Virus record (IMG/VR): IMGVR_UViG_3300027908_000010
Location: 1-46,687 of that record
Direction: 5' to 3' (one strand)
Length of the DNA stretch: 46,687 nt
DNA from: a virus
Positions 7,921 through 15,195 of the stretch are shown here, piece after piece. The notes beneath the pieces are model-generated. The model saw only the letters and a list, made by a program, of their open reading frames with translations, did no database searches and was not told where the DNA came from. The position numbers and the translations under genes are program-made. Positions within the stretch are counted from its first letter, which is position 1; each line of letters starts with the position of its first letter.

Positions 7921-8622
7921 ATGGCCGACACTCCTACTGGCGAAAAACCAAACGAGCCTGCAGCGACACCTGCGGTTACACCCGCAGCGGCCCCCGTTAA
8001 GACTGACGCTACTCCTGCTGCCGTTCCGGCAGCGACACCCGCAACACCTGCCGCAGCGACCCCAGCTACGCCCGCTGTTGCTGCCGAACCTGCGAAGGCA
8101 GAACCGGCAAAAGCTGAACCCGCGAAAGCAGATCCAGCTAAAGCTGAAACGCCTCCTACTGACCCTGCGGTCTATGACCTGAAGGGCAAAGGTGGGCAAC
8201 CCGTAGACCCGGGACTGATGCAGACGATGCTCCCTGTCTTAAAAGAAGCCGGGATCACACCGAAAGCCGCACAGTCACTGGTCGATACGTTCAACGCCTA
8301 TCAGGCAAAGCTTCTCCCCGAGATCATGAATCGGGATCTTGAGACGCTGCGAAAAGATCCTGAATTGGGCCTGTTGAACTTCGGGCGCACGCAAGCGCGT
8401 ATTAATGATGCGCTGGCGGCTTTCAGCACCCCGGATGAGAGGAAAGTCCTAACGGAGATGGGCATCGCAAATAACCCGACACTGGTTCGGATGTTTCACC
8501 GCATTGGCACTGCAATGCAGGAACCTCCGCAGACCGATGCCGGGCCGCAGCCGCGCGCACCGAGAAGCACAGGAAACAAGCTTTACGGTGGCTCGGATCT
8601 CGTTTCGTCCAAACCCAGCTAG
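7921..8622 (+). CDS. scaffolding protein (Pro/Ala-repeat N-terminus)
   Basis: 233 aa. Lies between portal and capsid genes. Low-complexity TPA and AEPAK repeats are followed by a helical C-terminal half. Confidence 0.7.
   Translation: MADTPTGEKPNEPAATPAVTPAAAPVKTDATPAAVPAATPATPAAATPATPAVAAEPAKAEPAKAEPAKADPAKAETPPTDPAVYDLKGKGGQPVDPGLMQTMLPVLKEAGITPKAAQSLVDTFNAYQAKLLPEIMNRDLETLRKDPELGLLNFGRTQARINDALAAFSTPDERKVLTEMGIANNPTLVRMFHRIGTAMQEPPQTDAGPQPRAPRSTGNKLYGGSDLVSSKPS
8083..8148 (+). repeat. 15-nt coding tandem repeat (AEPAK x4.4) inside the scaffold gene
   Basis: The units are gcc gaa cct gcg aag / gca gaa ccg gca aaa / gct gaa ccc gcg aaa / gca gat cca gct aaa / gct gaa. Copies differ mostly at synonymous positions. 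Confidence 0.9.
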
Positions 8623-8632
8623 GAGTTAATTC

Positions 8633-9646
8633 ATGGCCACCGTCGGCGGCAACGTACTCACGATCACCGACTTCGCTCAACGCCTCGATCCGGATGGTAG
8701 TGTTCCCGATATCGCGGAACTCCTGAACGAGAAGAACGAAGTCCTCACCGACATGCTCTGGTGCGAGGGAAACCTTCCGACCGGCATGCGGACCACTCAG
8801 CGCACGGGTTTACCGAACGTCACTTTCCGCCTTCTCAACACCGGAGTTCAGGCGAGTAAATCGACGGTCGGCCAGATCGACGATGCCTGCTGCATCCTGG
8901 AAGGCTGGAGCGTCATCGACGAAAAGCTTGCTCAGTTGAACGGCAACGTCGAGGCTCTGCGGCTCTCGGAAGCAAAGCCCTTCCTCGAGGCGATGAACCA
9001 GCAGTTCGTCTCGACGCTCTTCTACGGCAATATCTTTGCCAATCCCGGTACATTCCTCGGCATGGCACCGCGGTACGGAGCCATCTCAGGAGCGGTGAAC
9101 CAGCAGAACATCCTCTCCCTCGCCGGGACTGGATCGACTTGCACTTCCATCTGGCTCATCGGCTGGGGGGAAGATACTATCTGCGGGATCTTCCCGAAGG
9201 CCACGAAAGCCGGGCTCTCTCATGAGGACTACGGCATTCAGACCGTTCAGGCACAGGCAGCAGGAGCTGCGGTAGGAATGACCTCGGGCTTCATGAGAGC
9301 CTATCAGGACCGATTCGTCTGGGAGCCGGGACTTGCCGTTCGTGATTGGCGGTACGCGGTGCGCATCGCGAACATCAACGTCAGCACCTTGGTTTCGAGC
9401 ATCACGACCCCGGACATCATCGCGGCCATGTCGCGAAGTCTGGATCGCCTGCCGACCTTGAAGGGCGTGACGCCAGTCTTCTACATGAACCGCACGCTCT
9501 ACTCGTTCATGAGGCTTCAGGGTTTGAACTACTCGAAGAACGCGATCACCGTTCAGCCGGCGCTCAATCAGTTTGAACTCGGATTCGAGGGCGTACCCAT
9601 ACGCCGGGTAGATCAGCTCTTGAACACCGAAGCGGCTATATCATGA
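8633..9646 (+). CDS. major capsid protein
   Basis: 337 aa. Follows the scaffold with a GGAG SD upstream. A strong intrinsic terminator lies one gene downstream, as expected for the most highly expressed module. Confidence 0.85.
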   Translation: MATVGGNVLTITDFAQRLDPDGSVPDIAELLNEKNEVLTDMLWCEGNLPTGMRTTQRTGLPNVTFRLLNTGVQASKSTVGQIDDACCILEGWSVIDEKLAQLNGNVEALRLSEAKPFLEAMNQQFVSTLFYGNIFANPGTFLGMAPRYGAISGAVNQQNILSLAGTGSTCTSIWLIGWGEDTICGIFPKATKAGLSHEDYGIQTVQAQAAGAAVGMTSGFMRAYQDRFVWEPGLAVRDWRYAVRIANINVSTLVSSITTPDIIAAMSRSLDRLPTLKGVTPVFYMNRTLYSFMRLQGLNYSKNAITVQPALNQFELGFEGVPIRRVDQLLNTEAAIS

Positions 9647-9734
9647 AATATCAACGATTTAGCGCGCAAAGCTAAAGGAGTTTATTACGTTCATAGATAA
9701 TGAAAACTGCTTTACGACGGGACCGAGTTCCCTG

Positions 9735-10244
9735 GTGACCCCAGGTTTTGTCCCGAGCCAGTCCTTGAACGGCTTCACCGCCGCAACGACTGCCCTCACC
9801 AACGTCATCGATTCAGGCCCATTGGGGGGCCAGAACACGATTGCTCCTGTCCCGAATGCGGGTCGGGATTTCGGCATGGGCTATCCGACGTGGCTGTATC
9901 TTTTGTTCGTCACAGCTCCAACCTCCGGTGGTGCGGCGACCATCGACATTCAGCTTGTCAGTTCCGCCGCGGCGAACCTCGGCACCCCGAATGTGATGCT
10001 CGATATCACCGGTGGCGCGCAGGCGTACAACGGCGGTAAGTTTGCCGCTCAGACGGCGTTTCGCTTTGCCATGCCGCGTTTCGGCCCGTATGTGGCGACC
10101 ATCAACCCGAATGGCTGGTTGCGCTACATCGGCATCAACTTCATCGTGGCGACGGCTGCACTCACTGGTGGATCAGTGATCGCATTCCTCACCCGCGACA
10201 TCCAGGACAACGTTCTGTATCAGGCCGGATTCACCCTTTCGTAG
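9735..10244 (+). CDS. capsid cement/decoration-like protein (Bbp16-like by recollection). The true start is probably upstream at a non-canonical codon (see findings).
   Basis: 169 aa from GTG 9735. The frame is open from 9663 and a strong AAAGGAG sits at 9674..9680. The N-terminal extension ITFIDNENCF looks native. Confidence 0.6.
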   Translation: MTPGFVPSQSLNGFTAATTALTNVIDSGPLGGQNTIAPVPNAGRDFGMGYPTWLYLLFVTAPTSGGAATIDIQLVSSAAANLGTPNVMLDITGGAQAYNGGKFAAQTAFRFAMPRFGPYVATINPNGWLRYIGINFIVATAALTGGSVIAFLTRDIQDNVLYQAGFTLS

Positions 10245-10277
10245 ACAGCGCTCTCCTCGATGCGTCCGCGAAACCTA

Positions 10278-10302
10278 GAGGGGGACAGCCCCCTCATTTT
10301 TT
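10278..10302 (+). terminator. Rho-independent terminator after the capsid/cement genes
   Basis: Stem GAGGGGG (10278..10284), loop ACAG, stem CCCCCTC (10289..10295), then A plus a T6 tract (10297..10302). Confidence 0.8.
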
Positions 10303-10311
10303 GGAGGCCCT

Positions 10312-10638
10312 ATGCTCGTTCGTGCAACCCAACGCGGTTTCTACAAGAGTCTTCGAAGCCCCGATGAGGTCTTCGAGGTTCCCGACCATCTTTACGCGGC
10401 AAGCTGGATGACGAAGGTTCCGACCGTTGCCGGTAAGCCTGTCGTCTCGCTCAATGTTCCTTCAGCCGGTGGAGTTCAGCCTACGGCAGTGAAGTCATTG
10501 AATGTTCCGACTCCCGCAGAACCTATTCTTGGCTTGCTTAAGAAAGATTCGCCGCCTTCCCCCGCTGCGCCGTTCGCGCCACGCCCGCGCTTCCCGCTCT
10601 TCGGGGATGAGACCCGAACTGGAGATAAGCTGCCATGA
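10312..10638 (+). CDS. hypothetical virion-module protein with an N-terminal QxG[FY]Y...F[ED] mini-domain
   Basis: 108 aa. N-terminus MLVRATQRGFYKSLRSPDEVFEVPD. GGAGG SD upstream. ATGA overlap with the next gene. Confidence 0.6.
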   Translation: MLVRATQRGFYKSLRSPDEVFEVPDHLYAASWMTKVPTVAGKPVVSLNVPSAGGVQPTAVKSLNVPTPAEPILGLLKKDSPPSPAAPFAPRPRFPLFGDETRTGDKLP

Positions 10639-11084
10639 CGATCCGGGTTCAGGCGACGCAAACTGGGTTCTATAACCAATACCTGCACGAAGCCGGGGAA
10701 GTGTTCGATCTCATCGACAACGACGATGGGACGATGCCTTTGCGGATGATCCAGACTCCTATCCTTGGGGAGGACAAGAAGCCGATCCCCGGAGAATTCA
10801 CCGAAGAGGTGTGGCTCGACAAGGAAGGAAATCCGATGCACCGCGACTTCGCTCCCGCAGAGGAAGAAGTGAAAGGCCGCGGCCAGTTCTTCAAGGGCGA
10901 GACTTTCAGGCACGGCTGGATGCGCCGCGTGCCCGATGACACCCCGTTAGGCATCTATCCTTACGACATCATGGCGGCACCCAATGCACCGGTTCAGAGG
11001 GTTGTGCGGCCCTCTACCGAGCCTCATAACGCCCCCCGCTCAACCCCGATCAAGGGCAAAGTGAGCCGTCAGATACGCGCATGA
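10635..11084 (+). CDS. hypothetical virion-module protein, N-terminal paralog of 10312..10638
   Basis: 149 aa. N-terminus MTIRVQATQTGFYNQYLHEAGEVFDLID. Confidence 0.6.
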   Translation: MTIRVQATQTGFYNQYLHEAGEVFDLIDNDDGTMPLRMIQTPILGEDKKPIPGEFTEEVWLDKEGNPMHRDFAPAEEEVKGRGQFFKGETFRHGWMRRVPDDTPLGIYPYDIMAAPNAPVQRVVRPSTEPHNAPRSTPIKGKVSRQIRA

Positions 11085-11713
11085 GAGGGATTGGCTTTCA
11101 AGCAGGAGACCCAACCGGGCACTACCGGATATCCCTTGCGACCGGCCTTCTGCCTGCTGCATTAGCTGCAGGTGCGCCGATCTTCTCCTGCCGGTTCTAC
11201 AACACCATCTTTACCCGAGCGCTTCTCCTGCGCCTTCGGATGCAGTTGACGGTTGTAACTCCTTTCACCGGTGCTCAGCAGATCGGGCTTCAGGCATTCA
11301 TTGCCCGCGCTTGGACTGCCGCGGACTCAGGTGGGAGTGCGGCGACCTTAACCGGCACCAACAATCAGCAGAACACCTTGGGGGATGTGGCCTCCATTGC
11401 CGACATGCGCATATCAGGCACTACCGCACTGACGGCGGGCACCCGTACTTTGGACGCCAATCCTTTCCTGCAGGTGACGGCAGCACAGACTCAAGCCGCG
11501 GCTTCTGCAGGCTTGGTGTCAGGCTCCAATGAGTTCCTGGTTTCATCCGATCAGCAGTTCCCGTTCAATTTCCGAAGCGGCTCCAAGACCGGGGATGCCG
11601 AAGGTATCGTGATTCAGTCGCCTGTTCTTTTCGGGGCGGCTGGGACTGCGGTGGCTTTGATCGAAATGGACTGGCTTGAGTACAGCTACGTCAGCGCACC
11701 CGGAGCCGATTGA
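11081..11713 (+). CDS. hypothetical structural protein
   Basis: 210 aa, ATGA-coupled, lies within the structural operon. Confidence 0.6.
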   Translation: MRGIGFQAGDPTGHYRISLATGLLPAALAAGAPIFSCRFYNTIFTRALLLRLRMQLTVVTPFTGAQQIGLQAFIARAWTAADSGGSAATLTGTNNQQNTLGDVASIADMRISGTTALTAGTRTLDANPFLQVTAAQTQAAASAGLVSGSNEFLVSSDQQFPFNFRSGSKTGDAEGIVIQSPVLFGAAGTAVALIEMDWLEYSYVSAPGAD

Positions 11714-12417
11714 GTGTGGGCGGCACTGTCCTTGATGCGTGGAATCTCTCGCTCTCGCGGCTCGATGTCGCGCAGCGCGTTCAGTCGCTGACCGAAAACT
11801 CAGTCCAAGCGGGAGCCTGTAACCAGTTCTGGGACCGCGCTCGCAAGCAAGTCCTCGAGCAGTGCTACTTTAGTTTTACGACGAAGGCCGCGGCGCTCGC
11901 ACTTCTCCTCGATCAGGAAACCCTGACCGCAACCTCTCAAATCATCTATCCAGGCTGGCGGTACATCTACTCCCGGCCTGACGATTGTCTCAAAGCCCAA
12001 TGCGTGACGACGCAGTTCGGCATCCGCGCCTACCCGAACATGTCCTACTGGTGGCAGAACAGTAACGTTACCTTCGGAACCCGCTGGGGGCCTTACCGAC
12101 CGCCGTGGAAAGAGTGCATGGATGAGGTGCAAAGCCCTCCTGGTCAGTCGATCGATATCCTGACCGATCAGGACGGGGCATGGCTCATCTACACGACAGA
12201 TCCTCCGAACGTCACCATCCTCTCCGAGACGCTTCTTGATTGTTGTGCGTGGAATCTCGCAACGATGATCGGGGGACCGATCTCAGCGAACCAGAAGGCG
12301 AAGGAAAACGCCATGAAGATGTTCCCGATGGCGCTCTCCCGAGCTTTAGCCCAGAACCTGAACGAGGAACAGCCCGACCCATACCCGGACAGCCCCAGTA
12401 TCCAGTGCAGGCTCTAA
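11710..12417 (+). CDS. hypothetical structural protein; candidate tail tubular A/adaptor by position
   Basis: 235 aa. TTGA overlap upstream. Lies directly before the 925-aa nozzle-like protein. Confidence 0.55.
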   Translation: MSVGGTVLDAWNLSLSRLDVAQRVQSLTENSVQAGACNQFWDRARKQVLEQCYFSFTTKAAALALLLDQETLTATSQIIYPGWRYIYSRPDDCLKAQCVTTQFGIRAYPNMSYWWQNSNVTFGTRWGPYRPPWKECMDEVQSPPGQSIDILTDQDGAWLIYTTDPPNVTILSETLLDCCAWNLATMIGGPISANQKAKENAMKMFPMALSRALAQNLNEEQPDPYPDSPSIQCRL

Positions 12418-15195
12418 ATGTTCGAAGAGCCGCTGTACCCCCATCAGCCAAGTTTCTCCAAGGGCGAAGTATCCCCTGATCTTTATGGGCGGGCAGACCT
12501 ACAGGCGTATTCCTCAGCTCTTCGCACCTCGCGAAACGCTTTCATCAAAACCGAAGGCTCTTGGAGCAACCGTCCGGGTACTCAATATCTGGGCAACGCG
12601 GTCAACGTCACGGCCAAAGGCTCGGTCCTCATTCCGTTCGTCTTCTCGACGACTCAGAGCTACGTGCTTGAAATCGGTGTGGGAACCGCTCAGATCTTTT
12701 CAGACGGTGCACTGATTACCACTCTTGCCGTGCCGTGGCTTCTGTCGGAGCTGCCTTTCCTGCGCTATACGCAGTCTGCCGATACCTTGACCGTAGTGCA
12801 TCCCAATCACGTACCGCGGCAAATCACCCGTACCAGCGCGAGTGTTTTCAGCATTGCCTTTTTTGCCTACACGAACGGTCCCTTCATTCCCCAGAACACC
12901 GATGGGACGACCTTGGTATCTGCTTCAGGAATTACCGGAACCGTAACGCTTACCGCAAGCTCTGCAATCTTCAATGCCAACCATGTCGGAGCTTTGTTCT
13001 ATCTTGAGCAGCAGGACATCACGCCCATCACTCCGTGGACTCCGGAGACCTTGTTCGAAACCCCGACTAATCCTGTGGGAGTGCTGACCTATTCGAACCT
13101 GAAGAACTACAAGTGTGTCGCGGTAAACTTAGCCGGTGGCGCTACGAGCTTTTCTACCGGCACCGTAGCGCCGGATCATACCTACGGTACCCAGTGGGAC
13201 GGAATCGGACAGGGACTTACTGGGCTTGCAGGAGACGTAGGAGTTGCCTGGCAGTTTCAGGACTTCGGTTACGGTGTCGTCAAGATCACAGGTTTCACTG
13301 ACTCCATGCATGTGACGGCGGTGGTGCAGCCGGTCATTCCGGGACAACCTGCTTTGTTGCCCGCAACGGTCGTCGGTCCTCGGGCGGTTGCTGAGGGACC
13401 ATTTACCTTTACAGGCGATGGTGTCACCACGACCTTTGGCCCGCTGACTGCCGCAAGCAGCACGGATCCCAATAGGTTCTTCGTCACTCTTGCCGGGGTT
13501 TACGATCAGCCTCCGAACTACACGATTACCGGGACCACCATTGTTTTCCTTTCTCCCCCAGGGAATGGAGTAGCTATTTCTGTCTCTCAGGTGAACGGTC
13601 TTTATGCGACGAGCTTCTGGGCTTTTGGAGCTTTCAGCCCGGATCAAGGCTACCCATCGACGGTGAGTTACTTTCCAGACCGCTTGATCTTTGCCGGTAC
13701 TCCCTCTCAGCCGGTGGGGGTTTTTGGCAGCCAGACGAGCCAGTACACGAACTTTGCCATCAGTAACCCGGTGGTGAACTCCGATGCCTTCACGATATTC
13801 CTGAACGCCCGGCAACTGAATTCCATCTGCGATTTGATCCCGCTGCAGGATTTGATTGTCGGTACGGCCAATATCATCTGGCGACTCTGGCCCGGAATCA
13901 ACGGCACGGCTTTGGGGCCTTTGTCGATCGATGCCACTCCCCAGGCTTTCGTGGGAGAGACTTCAAGCTGCGCTGCGGTCCTGTACGGGGATTCTGTGAT
14001 CTACGCCATCTATGGCGGACGGCGTATCCGGGATTTGATCTATCAGTTTCAGTTCGACAAGTACGTCGGAGCTGAGCTTACCGCTTACAGCAGGCATTTG
14101 GTTCCCTTCGGGACGTACATCGTGAAGATGGTGTATGCACCGGATCCCTGGGGGCAACTCTTCGCGCTACGCAATGACGGGGCGCTTCTCACCTGTACCT
14201 ATGTGCGGGATCAGCAGATGATTGCCTGGTCTCGGTGGGATACCCAAGGAACTTTTGAGGATATCTGCATCGTTCCCGAGAACAACTCCTACGCGCTTTA
14301 TCTTCTTGCCAACCGGACGATTCAGGGTAAGTCCGCCCGCTATGTCGAGAGGCTTAATCAATGGGAATGGGCGACGATCTACGATTATAAGTTCTCCGAC
14401 TGCTCCCTAACCTACGACGGTAGGAACACCTCTCAGGCTTTGATGGTGCTGACCGGGGGGACTACTTGGCAGGCGGGCGATACCGGAACTTTGACCGCGA
14501 CTTCAACTGCGGGCTGGACGAATTTTCAAGCCTCCGACGTAACCCTTGGAAATGCGATTCAGCTTTTCAACGGCGCGCAGACCGTGGAGGCTCGAGTCCT
14601 CATCATCGGCTACACTTCTCCCACGGTCGTGAGTGTGCGGTTTATCGATCCCATTCCGCCTGACTTACAGGCGCAGGGACTCATTACCTGGACGTTTGCG
14701 AGAACTTATTTCACCGGAGCGACCCAGCTTGCAGGCCAGATGGTAGCGGTGCTTGCGGACTCGAATGCGATCAGCGGCACGAACGGAGTGCCTGTTTTAC
14801 AGGTGGCGAATGACGGTAGTTTCACGCTTCCTAACCCCTGCGGAGTCGTCACCATTGGCCTTCAGTATTTCTCAGACCTTGAGACCTTGGCTTTGAATCA
14901 GCCGGGGATCGAGACTGTTCGGGAGAGAACGAAGGGCATGCCGGGAGTATTCTTGGACGTCCATGCAACCCGCGGGCTTTTGACGGGAACAGATTTCGTC
15001 AACATGAGCGGCATCAAGGAGCGTGCGTTTGAGACTTACCTGCAACCCACGAACCTGCAGGAAGGCATCATCACGAACCGCATCGATACGGATTTCTCGA
15101 CCGAGTGCCATATCTGTGTCCGGCAGCCTTACCCGTTGCCGGTGACGATTCGCATGGTGATTCCGTCCGTCAATGTGGGAGTGCCTGCAGGATGA
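12418..15195 (+). CDS. large tail structural protein (tail tubular B / nozzle-like)
   Basis: 925 aa. The N-terminus MFEEPLYPHQPSFSKGEVSPDLYGRADLQAYSSALRTSRNAFIKTEGSWSNRPGTQYLG matches the conserved start I recall for podoviral tail-tube B-like proteins. Confidence 0.7.
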   Translation: MFEEPLYPHQPSFSKGEVSPDLYGRADLQAYSSALRTSRNAFIKTEGSWSNRPGTQYLGNAVNVTAKGSVLIPFVFSTTQSYVLEIGVGTAQIFSDGALITTLAVPWLLSELPFLRYTQSADTLTVVHPNHVPRQITRTSASVFSIAFFAYTNGPFIPQNTDGTTLVSASGITGTVTLTASSAIFNANHVGALFYLEQQDITPITPWTPETLFETPTNPVGVLTYSNLKNYKCVAVNLAGGATSFSTGTVAPDHTYGTQWDGIGQGLTGLAGDVGVAWQFQDFGYGVVKITGFTDSMHVTAVVQPVIPGQPALLPATVVGPRAVAEGPFTFTGDGVTTTFGPLTAASSTDPNRFFVTLAGVYDQPPNYTITGTTIVFLSPPGNGVAISVSQVNGLYATSFWAFGAFSPDQGYPSTVSYFPDRLIFAGTPSQPVGVFGSQTSQYTNFAISNPVVNSDAFTIFLNARQLNSICDLIPLQDLIVGTANIIWRLWPGINGTALGPLSIDATPQAFVGETSSCAAVLYGDSVIYAIYGGRRIRDLIYQFQFDKYVGAELTAYSRHLVPFGTYIVKMVYAPDPWGQLFALRNDGALLTCTYVRDQQMIAWSRWDTQGTFEDICIVPENNSYALYLLANRTIQGKSARYVERLNQWEWATIYDYKFSDCSLTYDGRNTSQALMVLTGGTTWQAGDTGTLTATSTAGWTNFQASDVTLGNAIQLFNGAQTVEARVLIIGYTSPTVVSVRFIDPIPPDLQAQGLITWTFARTYFTGATQLAGQMVAVLADSNAISGTNGVPVLQVANDGSFTLPNPCGVVTIGLQYFSDLETLALNQPGIETVRERTKGMPGVFLDVHATRGLLTGTDFVNMSGIKERAFETYLQPTNLQEGIITNRIDTDFSTECHICVRQPYPLPVTIRMVIPSVNVGVPAG

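Noticed and set aside
8083-8148. CRISPR-like or other noncoding repeat array
   Set aside because: The units are contiguous 15-mers without spacers, in frame inside the scaffold gene. No CRISPR array exists elsewhere in the window.
7882-8199. 105-aa Cys/Arg-rich antisense ORF over the scaffold repeat
   Set aside because: It is the reverse complement of the Pro/Ala repeat coding sequence, and there is no independent support.
11081-11713. Possible distant paralogy between the 11081 and 18774 products (shared ...R[LI]...Q[QR]I.L...[ST]GG[SG]..T[LV]... and G-I-[VL]-I...E..E patterns)
   Set aside because: It is too weak to support without a statistical alignment or a structure comparison.
13129-13815. 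228-aa antisense ORF inside the 925-aa tail protein gene
   Set aside because: It is Arg/Gly/Pro-rich with a composition typical of the reverse frame of a GC-rich gene. It has no SD or coupling context, and the + strand ORF has clear structural-protein character.
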